Source: an uncultured Chloroflexia bacterium
GTDB taxonomy: Bacteria; Chloroflexota; Chloroflexia; Thermomicrobiales; UBA6265
Direction: 5' to 3'
Assembly (NCBI GenBank): GCA_963724295.1
Contig: CAVRUC010000008.1
Span: 224,001-288,000 of the forward strand
DNA length: 64,000 bases
Of this stretch, positions 38,292-49,213 are shown in pieces. Each line of letters begins with the position of its first letter. The stretch's first letter is position 1. The position numbers and the translations under genes are program-made. The notes under the pieces were generated by a model that did no database searches, was not told the origin of the DNA, and saw only the letters and a program-made list of their open reading frames with translations.

Positions 38292-38328
38292 AGGCGGCTG
38301 GGCCTGGAGCCCAGCCGCCTTCTTTGTT
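38292..38328 (+). terminator. Intrinsic terminator after hsp20
   Basis: AGGCGGCTGGGC-ctgga-GCCCAGCCGCCT followed by TCTTTGTT. Confidence 0.75.
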
Positions 38329-38443
38329 GCCATGCATCCGAATTTCGCCACCTTGCCATCACCCAACCCCCTCGTTGCCCGCACCGAGGACGCTCTGGTA
38401 CGGTGCCTGTTCGGGATGGGAAGACGGGGAGCGAGGGACAGCG

Positions 38444-39376
38444 TTGGAATCGGCAAACCGCGGGTGGGTAGCGCTGGCGCGGCCGGCGCTCGTTGCTTTG
38501 ATCCTGTGTCTCCTGCTCGCGGCGAGCATCGGCGGGGATCGCGGCGGGCGTTCACTGGCTCAGGAAGGCGAGGCCACACCGGCGACGCCCGCCACGCCAG
38601 GAGCCGTCGACTTCGGTCAGCTCGTCGGGCAACGCCCGGCGGAAGTGCTGTCGGGTTCCTGCGACGAGCCGGGCGAAACCATCGCCTCAATGACTCCACT
38701 GGAGTTTTCGGAGGGAGAGGCGGAGGGGCAAGGCGCCGCTATCGAGGCCGAGGGCTCCTACACCACTATCCCCGTTCCGCTGGAATCGCTTCTGACCGGA
38801 CAAACCAATATCACGGTATTCCTCTCCGACGAGGCAAGCGATATCGTCGTCGCCTGCGGTGAGATCGGCGGTGTCCGCAGCGAGGGGGGATCGCTTGTTA
38901 TCAAGCTCTCCGAGCGCAATGGCTCCGGGTTCAGCGGGATCGCCTTCCTGACTCCAGGCGATCCCGGCACCACCGGCGCGTCGGTTTTCCTCGCCGGGGA
39001 GCGCACCGTTGCCGAAACCCGGGAGCTCATCGCGGCCGCCACACCGGCGGCACTGGAGCCGATCGCCGAGCCCACGCCGACCGCGGAGCCGGTCCAGGTT
39101 GTCGACCTCGTGCTCCTGGAATGGCTGATCGACATACCGGAGGAGATCCGCGCCGGTCAGGTGAATTTCGTCGTCACCAACGAGGGCGCTGAGCAGCACA
39201 GCCTGGTCGTCGAAGGCAATGGTCTCCTCTTCGAGCTCCCCGCGCCGTTGGATTCCGGCGAGTCGACCATTCTCTCGGCCGAGCTTCCACCCGGTGAGTA
39301 CGTCGTCTACTGCCCGGTCGGCGAGGGCGAGCACCGGGAAAAGGGGATGGAGGCGACACTGCTGGTCGTGCCGTGA
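38444..39376 (+). CDS. Secreted cupredoxin-domain protein
   Basis: Signal peptide; Cys-paired N-terminal domain (GSCD, VVACG); type-1 Cu ligands QH...YCPVGEGEHREKGM. TTG start is tentative. Confidence 0.8.
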   Translation: MESANRGWVALARPALVALILCLLLAASIGGDRGGRSLAQEGEATPATPATPGAVDFGQLVGQRPAEVLSGSCDEPGETIASMTPLEFSEGEAEGQGAAIEAEGSYTTIPVPLESLLTGQTNITVFLSDEASDIVVACGEIGGVRSEGGSLVIKLSERNGSGFSGIAFLTPGDPGTTGASVFLAGERTVAETRELIAAATPAALEPIAEPTPTAEPVQVVDLVLLEWLIDIPEEIRAGQVNFVVTNEGAEQHSLVVEGNGLLFELPAPLDSGESTILSAELPPGEYVVYCPVGEGEHREKGMEATLLVVP

Positions 39377-39469
39377 CCGGAGAGCAACGAAGCGTCATCC
39401 CGCGAAACGGCAAGTGCAAGTTGTACGAGCTTGCACGTTCAGGATCTCGTCACAGGACCGTGGGAATCC

Positions 39470-41913
39470 CTACTCTTCATTCAGTTCCAGCGCCAGCATC
39501 GCCGCGTTGACGATCTCGTCGACGTCGATCCCGGCGTAGTCGTAGAGCTCCGCGCGGGAACCGGACTGGCCCCATTGGTCCATGCCGAGAGGCACGGTCG
39601 GGGCGCCGTAGATGCTGCCCAGGAAGGCCAGGCCGTGCGAAGCGCCGTCCTGGACAGTCACGATTGGAGCGCGGCGCTCGTCCGCGGGGATCAACGTGGC
39701 CAGGTGCCCGAGGTCGGCGTCACGCCGCGCGTCAGCCAGGAGCTGACTACGCGCCTCGCGCAACGTCCGGTAGAGCCGGCGCGCGCTGGTGATGTTGATG
39801 ACGTTCGCGGCAACGCCCTCTTCATGCAGCCGGTGCGCCGCCGCCACCGCCTCCGGCACCATGATGCCGCCGGCCGCGATCTGCACCGTATCCCGGGCCG
39901 GCAGATCGGGTGCGGCCATGCGCCGGTCGACGATGCGGTAACCACCAAGGAGTGTCTGGCGCCGCAGCTCGTCCTCGCCCAACCGCGAGAGCGCCTCGTC
40001 CATCAGCTTCTGGTCGATCGGTTTGGTCGAAAGCCGGAAATAGCTCGAGAGTCCGTGCTCGCGATCGCAGCACTGGCGGAGCGCCTCCAGCAGTGTCCAC
40101 TCGACTTCGCGGGCGAAGGCCGGCTCGTAAAAATCGAGACCCGGCAGCTCGACGCCAAGCGAAGGCGTGACCGTGCTCTGGTGGGCTCCTCCCTCCGGCG
40201 ACAGCGACACGCCCGAAGGCGTCCCGGCGAAGATCATCTTGGCCCCACCGTAGAGCCCATAGATGAGGGCGTCGAGCCCGCGACAGACGAACGGGTCGTA
40301 GACGGTGCCGATGGGGATCAGGTGCTGACCGGTCAGCTCGTAGGAGAGACCAAACTGTCCCAGCGCCATGAAGAGGTTCATCTCGGAGATACCGAGCTCG
40401 ATGTGGCGCCCTTCCGGTCCCGGCAGCCAGCGCAGCATCCGCTGCGCGCCCTCCTCGTAGTCCGCCGACGCCTCGGGCGCGAAGACCCCTACCTTGTTGA
40501 TCCAGCCCGCCAGATGGGTCGAGGTCGCGACGTCCGGCGAGAGGGTCACGACCCGCTCCCCCACCTCCGGCGCTTCCGCCAGCCGCACCAGGGCCCGGCC
40601 CATCGCCTCCTGCGTCGAGGTCACCGCCGGGTGGGTGGCGCCCAGGCTCTCCGGGAATGACCGAGGCCGGCAGCGGTGGCGCGATCACCGTCGGCGGCGC
40701 GGAGAAGGCCGCGCCCCGTTCCGCGCACAAGCAGCCCCTCCGGCGAATCGGGGGGGAACGCTGCCCAGAGATCGTCCTCGGGTACACCCAGGTGCACCCT
40801 CAGCTCGTCCATCTGGGTCTGGGTCAGCAGCATCGAGTGGTTGAGCGGGTCGCCCGCCAGCGGCAGGCCAAACCCCTTGATGGTGTAGGCGAAGACGACT
40901 ACCGGTGCGTCCTCGACGGCGTCGGCTTCGGCCAGCACTTCGAGCAGGCGCGGTAGGTCGTGTCCGGCGAGATTGGAGACGACCCGCGACAAGTCCTCAT
41001 CGGCGATCTCCGCGACCGCGCGCAGGATTGCCGGCCTTTCCGCTGCATCGGGGACGTCGGCCAGGCGGCGGCGCAGCTCCGCGCCGTCGCGCAGGCGGAT
41101 GAGCGCCTGGTACTCCTCGTTATTCATGTCGTCGATGCGCCGGCGCAGCGCCTCGCCCCCCGGTTCGCTCATCGCCGCTTCCAGCCGGGAGCCGTACTTC
41201 GCTTCGAAGACCTTCCAGCCCGCGCTGGCGAAAAGCGCCTTCAGCCGCGCCGCGCGCACGCCGGGGATGACCCGGTCCAGACTCTGCCGGTTGAGGTCGA
41301 TGATCCAGATGACGTTACCCAGTCCCTGGATCGCCTCCTCGGCGACCGCTTCCCAGACATTCCCTTCATCCAGCTCAGCATCGCCGATGAGCGCCACGAA
41401 GCGATCTGAGCTGACGTCGCCGAAGCGCGTCCTGGCGTATCTGGCAGCCTGCGCGGCAAACACCGGCGCCACCGCTCCCAACCCGACCGAGCCAGTCGAA
41501 AAATCGACCTGATCCGGATCCTTGGTGCGCGACGGATAGGCCTGCAGGCCACCGAACGCTCGTAGCGTCGTCAGATAGGAGCGGTCGAGGCGGTCGAGCA
41601 GGTATTGCGCGGCGTGGAAGACGGGCGAGGCATGCGGTTTGATCGAGACGCGGTCGCCGGGGCGCAGAAATGAGAAGTAGAGCGCGGTAAGAATGGTCGC
41701 TACCGAGGCCGACGACGCCTGGTGCCCACCGACCTTGCTCTTGTCGGGGTTGGGCCGGACATTGTTGGCGTGGTGGATGATCTGGGTCGAGAGCCAGAGC
41801 AGGCGCCGCTCGATCGACTCCAGGGTCGCCAGGGTCTCCGGCGTGAGACCGCCCTGGTCGGGTGGCGAGGCCACCATCGCGTCACTGGCGGGACGCTCGA
41901 TCGTTGCGCTCAT
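39470..41913 (-). CDS. Pyruvate dehydrogenase E1-like / transketolase-family TPP enzyme (two apparent frameshifts near 40735 and 40652)
   Basis: KVGGHQASSAS, FSTGSVGLG, GDAELDEG, NRQSLD; C-terminal part HIELGISEMN, YDPFVCRGLD, EGGAHQS. Confidence 0.88.
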
Positions 41914-41966
41914 CTCAGGGGACTCCTCGGCTCTCGGGGCGGAGACGCGTACGAGGTCATGGTAAA

Positions 41967-42202
41967 TCAGGGGGTGTCGCTAACGCTCAGGGGGAGGCGG
42001 CGGTTTCACCGCCTCAGGGGGTGTCGCTTCGCTTAGGGGGAGAAGGGGGAGAGGAGGACGACGAAGCTTCGCCTCCTGCGCCTCGTCTTACTTCACCCCC
42101 TGAGTCCGCGCAGCGGACGCCACCCCCTGAGGGAGCGCAGCGACCGGCTCCCCCTGAAGCCGCACCGCGGCTGCCACCCCCTGAGCGCAGCGGCTCCCCC
42201 TA
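41967..42202. repeat. Inverted array of TCAGGGGG / CCCCCTGA octamers with hairpin-forming spacers
   Basis: Left copies at 41967, 41987, 42014, 42033; right copies at 42096, 42123, 42150, 42177, and 42196 (partial). Confidence 0.8.
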
Positions 42203-43375
42203 CATGCGGTACAGCTCCCGGGCATTGCCGGAGAGGATGAGTCCGGCGGCCGACTCGGCGTCACACTGGGTGAGCATGCCGTCGCTGACCAGCTCGGCGA
42301 GGACCGAGGCGACGGCCTGCTTGCCGAGCTTGGCGCTCGTGTACATGATCTCGGGGACCCTATATCCGTCGGAGCCGTAGCAGATCTTCGTCAGCGGCGC
42401 CATCGCCAGCACGCCGCGCAGGATGTCCCAGGCCGCATTGCCGGCGAATGGGATGCCTTCGCTCAGATCACACCAGACACGCGGCAGCACGTTCGCCATG
42501 TAGGCCGCCTCGCGGTGGTATGGATAGCCGCCGTGCACCAGCAGCACGTGGCAGCCGCGGTATGCGGGAAAGCGCAGCAGGTCCATCAGGTAGCCGGGCC
42601 GGCAGAGGACGAGGTTGACCTCGAAATCGCCCATGCCGGTGTGGATCTGCATCGGCACGTCGTGCTCCATGCAGAGATCGAGAGCGCGGCAGAGCAGGTG
42701 GTCGCGGAGCTGCTTCATGCTGCCGCCGCCGAGACCGCGCCGGATCGCATCCAGCGCCTGAAATCCCTGATCCGGCGTGCGGCTGAGTGGGGAGACGTCG
42801 AGGCCGGTCCGGTAGGCGATGATCGACTTGACCCCCTTGAAGCCCTGGTTGGTCAGAGCGTCGGCGATGGTGTCGTCGTAGCGCCGCTGGAACTCGGGCC
42901 ACCCGATGTCGGTCTTCAGAAGGTCGGCGATCAGCGGCTCGATGCGGAAAACCGGCACGACCTCGATTGGCAGCTCGGCTCGCACCGCGGCGACATCAAA
43001 GATCGGCAGCGGGAAGCCGAAATCGAATATCAGCGTGTCGAGGCCGGCCTCCCCATACAGCTTCGAGACGTACTCCGAGTAACCAGCGGCGACGGCCGCA
43101 TTGCGCGCATCCAGCACCGCGTCGAGGTCCGGCTCCACGTCGAAGAAACGCGCCAGGTCCAGGATCATGCGCTTGAAGTAGAGGGTGTTGCGTTTGCCTC
43201 GCTGCAACTCGGCGCGCACCTCTTCCGACCAGGCCACGCCGCCTTGCTCCAGATATGCACGAGAGCCGCCGCCAAAAGCCGTCAGATCGGTGAACTCCTC
43301 CGCCGAGACGGGACCTCGGTTGAGGAACGGATGGCAGTGAACGTCGACGACGGGTAGATGATCGACCTCGATCAT
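42200..43375 (-). CDS. Amidohydrolase family protein (similar to the FluG N-terminal domain)
   Basis: Motifs VVDVHCH, GVKSIIAYRTGL, MQIHTGMGD, LLVHGGYPY and CYGSDG. Confidence 0.88.
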   Translation of the reverse strand: MIEVDHLPVVDVHCHPFLNRGPVSAEEFTDLTAFGGGSRAYLEQGGVAWSEEVRAELQRGKRNTLYFKRMILDLARFFDVEPDLDAVLDARNAAVAAGYSEYVSKLYGEAGLDTLIFDFGFPLPIFDVAAVRAELPIEVVPVFRIEPLIADLLKTDIGWPEFQRRYDDTIADALTNQGFKGVKSIIAYRTGLDVSPLSRTPDQGFQALDAIRRGLGGGSMKQLRDHLLCRALDLCMEHDVPMQIHTGMGDFEVNLVLCRPGYLMDLLRFPAYRGCHVLLVHGGYPYHREAAYMANVLPRVWCDLSEGIPFAGNAAWDILRGVLAMAPLTKICYGSDGYRVPEIMYTSAKLGKQAVASVLAELVSDGMLTQCDAESAAGLILSGNARELYRM

Positions 43376-43377
43376 GG

Positions 43378-44739
43378 TTAGACAATCTCCAGGTAGGTCT
43401 CCCGTTCCCACGGGTGAACGTGCGTCTCGTAGATGGCCAATTCGTGTCGCTTGACGGTCAGGAAGTGTTTCAGGGCGGGTTCCCCCACGGCCGCGGCCAC
43501 CACCTCGTCTCGCTCCAGGGCGGCCAGCGCCTCAGGTAGCGAGCGAGGCAGGTAACCGATGCCATGGCGCTCGACTTCTTCCGCCGTCAAGTGGCCGATA
43601 TCGCCCTGGAAGGGGGGAGGCGGAGCGAGCTGCTGGCGGATGCCGTCGGCCCCCGCGCCGAGGAGACCGGCCAGGAGGAGATGGGGCTGTGCGCTGTTAT
43701 CTGGTGAGCGGAACTCCAGATGACGCCGCTTGCCGGCGCCCGGGATGCGGACCACGCCCGAACGGTTACCGTAGCCCCAGTAGGTGTTCGCCGGCGCCCA
43801 GGTGCCAGGTTGCAACCGCTTATAGGAGTTGACCGTTGGCGATCCGAGACCGGTCAGCGCATCGGCGTGCTCCAGGATCCCGCCGAGGAACCAGCCTCCC
43901 ACCTTGGAGAGCGAAATGTCATCCTGATCGGAGGCGGTCAGGTCCTGCTCGCCGGCCTCGTCCCAAAGACTGAGGTGGACGTGGAGGCTGCACCCGGCCC
44001 AGTGGCTGTAGGGCTTGGGCATGAAGGTCGCGACATAGCCTTGATCGCGCGCCAGATCGCGCACCGCGTCCTTGAGCGAGAAATAGTCGTCGACAGCACG
44101 AATCGGGTCCGCATGGCGAACCGACATTTCGTACTGCCCGGGACCGTACTCCTTGCCGAGCTGGGCGACGGTCACGCCCATCGCGCGCAGCTCGTCGACG
44201 ACGCGCTCGACGAAGACCCGCTCCGAGGCAAGGCCGGCCTGACTGAACATTCGTGTGGAGTTGGTCGGAGCGTATTCAGCACCGTTCTCAGCCAGGGCAC
44301 GGAGCAGGTAGAACTCCGGCTCGAGCGCCACCTGCGCCGAGTAGCCGAGGTCGCGCAACTCGTCGATCGCCGCCGCCAACCTCGTGCGCGGACAGCCTTC
44401 CCAGACCGAGCCGTCGCTGGCGCGCATCCAGGCGTGGCAGTGGGCCGTTCCAGGGTAACGTGGGAGGATGGCGTAGGATCGGGGATCGGGAACGGCGAGA
44501 AAATCGCCGGAGTCGGCCAGCAGGGTGGCCCCCATCGACTGGTGGTCGTCGGCGGCCATGTTCAGATTCGCCATGGCGAAGACCACGCCGTCATTGACGG
44601 CGCTGCGGAAACTCTCGCGCGGCAGCGTCTTGGCCTGAGCTCGGCCACCGTAATCGTGATAGGCGACCCAGAAGTGCTCGATCGCGTCGGCGTCGAGGCG
44701 TGCCAGCAGAGACGCGCTGTCGATCGGCCGGTCATTCAT
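43378..44739 (-). CDS. Glutamine synthetase-like gamma-glutamyl ligase
   Basis: Motifs LEPEFYL, KEYGPGQYE, ATFMPKP, GCSLHVHLSLW, NSYKRL, GNRSGVVRIP and LEFRSPD. Confidence 0.9.
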   Translation of the reverse strand: MNDRPIDSASLLARLDADAIEHFWVAYHDYGGRAQAKTLPRESFRSAVNDGVVFAMANLNMAADDHQSMGATLLADSGDFLAVPDPRSYAILPRYPGTAHCHAWMRASDGSVWEGCPRTRLAAAIDELRDLGYSAQVALEPEFYLLRALAENGAEYAPTNSTRMFSQAGLASERVFVERVVDELRAMGVTVAQLGKEYGPGQYEMSVRHADPIRAVDDYFSLKDAVRDLARDQGYVATFMPKPYSHWAGCSLHVHLSLWDEAGEQDLTASDQDDISLSKVGGWFLGGILEHADALTGLGSPTVNSYKRLQPGTWAPANTYWGYGNRSGVVRIPGAGKRRHLEFRSPDNSAQPHLLLAGLLGAGADGIRQQLAPPPPFQGDIGHLTAEEVERHGIGYLPRSLPEALAALERDEVVAAAVGEPALKHFLTVKRHELAIYETHVHPWERETYLEIV

Positions 44740-45901
44740 TCGTCAGTTCCCCATCGGCGGCGATCGCTTGCATCAGTTTGGCGAGCAGCGCCGTGCGGGG
44801 CACGATGCTGCTGAAGAGGATGTATTCGTCAGGACCGTGGTCGAGCCCGCCCACCGGTCCGAGTCCGTCCAGGCCGGGCGTGCGGGCATGGCAGGCGTAG
44901 CTCACGTCCGACCCGCCGCCGGTGCGGGCGCCGCGCAGAGGAAAACCGAGCGTGGCGGCGATGCGAATGGCGTGCTCTTCCAGCCGGACGGTTCCCGGTG
45001 TGCGTTCCATCGCCGGTGTCCCGGCACCAAGGGGTTCGGCCTGTAATTCGACGCCCGGCACCCACGGCATCGCCACGATCCGGTCGAAGGCCGCTGACAG
45101 CTCGGCGAGGTCGGGGGCGGACCAGGCGCGAAGATCGAACATGCCCCGTGCGCGGTCGGCGACCACATTGGGATTCGTCCCACCCTCGATGCGGCCGGGG
45201 TTGACGGTCATCCCCTCTTTCATCCCGTTGAGCTTGAACGTCTCGACGATGACATGGGCCAGCGCGAGGGTTGCGCTGCGTCCCTTCTCTGGTTCGACGC
45301 CCGCGTGAGCCGCCTTGCCCGTCGCCTCGACGGCATACCAGCGCGTCGCTTTGCGCGCCGAGACGATATCGCCATTCTCCCGCGCCGCCTCGAGGGTGAT
45401 CACGGCATGATGGCGTGGTCCCTCCGTCTGCAGGAGCTCGACCGAATGGCGCTCCTCGATCTCCTCGTCAGAGACGACGACGAACGTGATGGTCTCGTAG
45501 TCCCTCCAGCCAACGTCAGCGAGAGCACGCAGCGCGTAAAGACCGGTCAGCAAGCCGGCTTTCATGTCGCAGGTGCCCGGACCAATCAGCTTGTCACCAA
45601 CCGCGGTGACCGGGCGTAGCGCGGCCGTTCCGCGCGGGTAGACAGTGTCGGCATGCCCAAGCAACAGGATCCGTGCGCTGCCCTCCGCCTGTCCGCGAGC
45701 GACCAGATCGTCACCCCAGCGGGTCTGAGGACACCGCTCGACCGAGAAGCCGAGCCGCTGCAATCGCTCCGTCAACCAGTCCTGAACCGCGTCGATCCCT
45801 GCCTTGTCGTCGGTGCCGGAGTCGATGCTCGAAAGGTGGCGCAGGTCGGCCACGTATTCATCGAGGTGCTGTTCGAGGTATCTGACGATGGGGTCGCTCA
45901 T
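44732..45901 (-). CDS. M20 metallopeptidase (similar to glutamate carboxypeptidase G2)
   Basis: Motifs LLGHADTV, GPGTCDMKAG, SDEEI, GKAAHAG, GGGSD and LDGLGP. Confidence 0.9.
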   Translation of the reverse strand: MSDPIVRYLEQHLDEYVADLRHLSSIDSGTDDKAGIDAVQDWLTERLQRLGFSVERCPQTRWGDDLVARGQAEGSARILLLGHADTVYPRGTAALRPVTAVGDKLIGPGTCDMKAGLLTGLYALRALADVGWRDYETITFVVVSDEEIEERHSVELLQTEGPRHHAVITLEAARENGDIVSARKATRWYAVEATGKAAHAGVEPEKGRSATLALAHVIVETFKLNGMKEGMTVNPGRIEGGTNPNVVADRARGMFDLRAWSAPDLAELSAAFDRIVAMPWVPGVELQAEPLGAGTPAMERTPGTVRLEEHAIRIAATLGFPLRGARTGGGSDVSYACHARTPGLDGLGPVGGLDHGPDEYILFSSIVPRTALLAKLMQAIAADGELTNE

Positions 45902-45917
45902 GATGATTCGAACAACC

Positions 45918-47285
45918 TCACCATCCAGCGAACGACGCGATTGCTTCGTCACTGACCTTACCGGCGATAACGTCCTCTACGGCCTGCCGCAAGATATCGA
46001 CGCCCTCCTCGATCTCAGCTCTGGTCAGGATCAACGGCGGGGTGATCTCGAGCACGTTCCCCCAGTTCCCCGCGTAGTAGACAATCAGACCAAGCTCCCA
46101 GGCGCGGTAGACGACTTTGGCGGCGGCAGGCTGGTCCGGCTCGCGCGAGGCGCGGTCCTTGACCAGCTCGACCCCCTGGATCATGCCCAGACCGCGAATA
46201 TCGCCGACGAGATCGACGTCGCCAAGGGCCTGAACCAGGCATTCATGCAAGTAACGACCGAGTTCCGCCGCATGCTGAACGAGGTCGAGCCGCTCGATCT
46301 CGTCCAGCACCGCCAGACCGGCGGCGCAGCCTGCTGCATTGCCGGCGGCGGTAAAGAGGGCGGCGCCCGTGGCGGCATCAAGCACCTCTCGCCGGGCGAC
46401 GACGGCGCTCAACGGCATCCCGCCGCCGAGCGATTTGCCGAGCAGGACGATGTCGGCCTCGACGCCGCCGTGCTCGTACGCAAACATCTTGCCCGTGCGG
46501 GCGAGTCCAACCTTGATCTCGTCGACCGCGAGCAGAATGCCGTGGCGATCGCAGAGGGCCCGCAGCTTCGGCATGAAGTCGAGGGGTGGGATCACGTCGC
46601 CGCCGTCGCTCTGCACCGCTTCGACGAAGACGGCGGCCACGTCCCGCGGCTCGCAAATCGTGCGGAACAGGTAGTGCTCCAGATAGTGCAGGCACTGGTC
46701 GGTCAAGTTCTCGGCCCCGCCCAAGAAGGGAGGATGGTAAGGGTCCGGGTAGGGCGCCTTGATGACGTTCGCTCCCCCGATGACCCCTGTCAGCGACGGG
46801 TGCGCGGAGAGCCCCATCGTCCCGTCGTGCGTGCCGTGCCAGCTCCCGACGAATGAGACGAGGCGGTTTCGGCCCGTCGCCCGCGGCAGCAGGCGCATCA
46901 CCGCCTCGCTGGCGTCCGAGCCGGAGAGCCCGTACCAGACCTTCTTCTCCCAGTCTCCCGGAACGAGACCGATCAGCCGCTCGGCCAGCTCGATTGCCGG
47001 CCGGTTGATCCCGGAGATGAGCCCGCCGAAGGTGGCGCGCTCGAGTTCGGCGATCACGGCGGAGCGCACCCGTTCGTTGCTGTAGCCCAGGCCGGCGAGG
47101 GCCCATGCGGCGCCGAAATCAAGATAGGACCGTCCGTCAACGTCGAAGAGTCGCCCGCCCTCCGCGCCGTCCGCTGCAAATGGCGTGTAGCGGATCTTGA
47201 GCGCGTTGGCGATGGCACGCTCGTCGCGCCGCACTAGATCAGTCGCGGTGACGGTGGTCTCCACGCCGTTCGCCTTTCCTCTCAC
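45918..47285 (-). CDS. Class-III PLP aminotransferase (GabT-like)
   Basis: Motifs DVDGRSYLDF, SGSDASE, SWHG, EAVQSDGG, DEIKVGLARTG and GKSLGGG. Confidence 0.92.
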   Translation of the reverse strand: MRGKANGVETTVTATDLVRRDERAIANALKIRYTPFAADGAEGGRLFDVDGRSYLDFGAAWALAGLGYSNERVRSAVIAELERATFGGLISGINRPAIELAERLIGLVPGDWEKKVWYGLSGSDASEAVMRLLPRATGRNRLVSFVGSWHGTHDGTMGLSAHPSLTGVIGGANVIKAPYPDPYHPPFLGGAENLTDQCLHYLEHYLFRTICEPRDVAAVFVEAVQSDGGDVIPPLDFMPKLRALCDRHGILLAVDEIKVGLARTGKMFAYEHGGVEADIVLLGKSLGGGMPLSAVVARREVLDAATGAALFTAAGNAAGCAAGLAVLDEIERLDLVQHAAELGRYLHECLVQALGDVDLVGDIRGLGMIQGVELVKDRASREPDQPAAAKVVYRAWELGLIVYYAGNWGNVLEITPPLILTRAEIEEGVDILRQAVEDVIAGKVSDEAIASFAGW

Positions 47286-47541
47286 GTTTGCCGCGGCGCT
47301 GGCCCAACCGCATTCTCTGCCAGCGAGCTGTTGCGTCGGGCCAGAGGTTGCCGGTTTGAGGCCATGGCTTACATCATGGCTGGTGCGATCGCGGACACAG
47401 TGCGCTACACTCCGGCCGCCTGTTGAAGCGCTGACCGCCTGATGAGTGTGCCCAACGATTTCCCATCCGACAAGGGCTTCTAGCAGGGTGCGCCCGCGGC
47501 TGAGGGAGCAGGACCGGGATCAGAACACTCGGGAGCGTGGC

Positions 47542-48345
47542 GTGAGTACCGGCGCTAGTGACGTGATTCTGGAAGCGAGTGGTGTCAGCCGGAGCTTCCG
47601 GGGGCTTCAGGCACTTGCGGATTACAACCTACGCCTCCAGACCGGGGAGATCCTGGGTGTCATTGGGCCGAACGGCGCCGGCAAGACGACGCTGTTCAAC
47701 GTGATTACCGGGTTCTTACCACCGACCTCCGGAACGATCCGCCTGCGCGATCAGGACATCACCGGAAAGGATCCGGATCAGGTTACCGCCCTCGGTATCG
47801 CCCGCACATTTCAGAACATCCGGCTCTTTGCTCGGATGACGGTGCTGGACAACGTCAAGACCGCCCAGCAACTCCACGGCAAAGCGGGATTCTGGGAGAC
47901 GATCTTCTCGACGCCAAGCTTCCTGAAGAAGGAGCGCGCACTCGAGGAGCGCGCCTACGCGCACCTCGAGTCACTCGGGCTGGCGCGCTTCGCCAACGTG
48001 TACGCCGCGTCCCTGCCCTATGGGTTCCAGCGCAAACTCGAGATCGCCCGCGCGCTGGCGACCGAGCCCACGGTTCTGCTGCTGGACGAGCCGGCAGCAG
48101 GCATGAACGCCCAGGAGACGGCGGAGATCACCGGCTTCATCCGTTCGATTCACGGCCGCTTCGGATTGACGATCGTCGTCGTCGAGCACGACATGACGTT
48201 GATCATGCCCCTCTCCGACCGTATCCAGGTGCTCAATTACGGTCGCATCATCGCCGAAGGCACGCCCGCCGAGATCCGGACTAACCCGAAGGTGATCGAG
48301 GCCTACCTCGGCGTCGACGAACCCGTGGCCGTGGCGAGCTCCTGA
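47542..48345 (+). CDS. LIV-type ABC transporter ATPase (LivG-like)
   Basis: Motifs [29 protein letters not shown] and VIEAYLG. Confidence 0.92.
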   Translation: MSTGASDVILEASGVSRSFRGLQALADYNLRLQTGEILGVIGPNGAGKTTLFNVITGFLPPTSGTIRLRDQDITGKDPDQVTALGIARTFQNIRLFARMTVLDNVKTAQQLHGKAGFWETIFSTPSFLKKERALEERAYAHLESLGLARFANVYAASLPYGFQRKLEIARALATEPTVLLLDEPAAGMNAQETAEITGFIRSIHGRFGLTIVVVEHDMTLIMPLSDRIQVLNYGRIIAEGTPAEIRTNPKVIEAYLGVDEPVAVASS

Positions 48346-48347
48346 CC

Positions 48348-49052
48348 GTGCTGACTCTGCAGGACGTTCGCGTTTTTTACGGCGCGATTCAGGCGGTGAA
48401 AGGGATCTCGCTCGAGGTGCGGGAGCGAGAGCTGGTTACGATCGTGGGAGCCAACGGCGCCGGCAAGACGACAACCCTGCGCACGATCTCCGGCATCTAC
48501 CGGCCCACGACTGGAAGCATTACGTTCGAGGGTCGCAACCTGGCCGCGCTCCCTTCCCACGAGATCGTCGCACTCGGTATTTCGCAATCACCGGAGGGGC
48601 GACAGATCTTCGGATCGCTCTCCGTGCGTGACAACCTGATGCTCGGCGCTACCCGCCGCGCCGACCGCGCCGGCATCGCGCAGGAGCTGGACTACCTGGT
48701 TTCGCTCTTTCCGGTGCTCGGCGAGCGGATGAACCAGTCAGGCGGCACCCTCTCCGGTGGCGAGCAACAGATGCTGGCCATCGCCCGTGCGCTGATGGCA
48801 AAACCTCGGCTGCTCCTGCTGGACGAGCCCTCTTTGGGCCTGGCGCCGATGCTCGTCAACCGCATTTTTGCCGTCATCTCGCGTCTCAAGGAGACCGGGG
48901 TGACGATCCTCCTGGTCGAGCAGAACGCGCGGAAAGCGCTGGAGATCGCCGATCGCGCCTACGTCATGGAGACGGGGCGAGTCATTCTGGCGGGAGACGC
49001 ACGTGAGCTGGCAGCCAATCCCGAGATCGAAAAGGCGTATCTGGGAGGGTGA
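48348..49052 (+). CDS. LIV-type ABC transporter ATPase (LivF-like)
   Basis: Motifs GANGAGKTT, PEGRQIF, LSGGEQQMLA and DEPSLGLAP. Confidence 0.92.
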   Translation: MLTLQDVRVFYGAIQAVKGISLEVRERELVTIVGANGAGKTTTLRTISGIYRPTTGSITFEGRNLAALPSHEIVALGISQSPEGRQIFGSLSVRDNLMLGATRRADRAGIAQELDYLVSLFPVLGERMNQSGGTLSGGEQQMLAIARALMAKPRLLLLDEPSLGLAPMLVNRIFAVISRLKETGVTILLVEQNARKALEIADRAYVMETGRVILAGDARELAANPEIEKAYLGG

Positions 49053-49056
49053 CCGA

Positions 49057-49195
49057 GGGTGATAGGTGTTAGGGTGATAGGGAGTCGCTATCCAGGTTCC
49101 GAGTTGAGGTGGCTCGTCAGTGCTTGGCGTTGTCCGTCCACTTCCGTCCCTCCATCACCCATCACCACGAGCGAAGCGAGTAATCACCCATTACC
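49057..49195. repeat. Third copy of the inverted-arm repeat (core CCACGAGCGAAGCGAGTAATCACCC)
   Basis: AGGGTGAT-type left arm, CCATCAC right arm, core at 49165-49189. Confidence 0.75.
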
Positions 49196-49213
49196 TGCGA
49201 TGGAACATCGCGC

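Noticed and set aside
41967..42202. CRISPR array
   Set aside because: Repeats are only 8 bp, spacers are 11-19 bp and related to each other, orientation is mirrored, and there are no cas genes.
41862..42380. Pro-rich ORF with PPE repeats on the + strand
   Set aside because: It is the translation of the CCCCCTGA DNA repeat array and overlaps two real genes in antisense.
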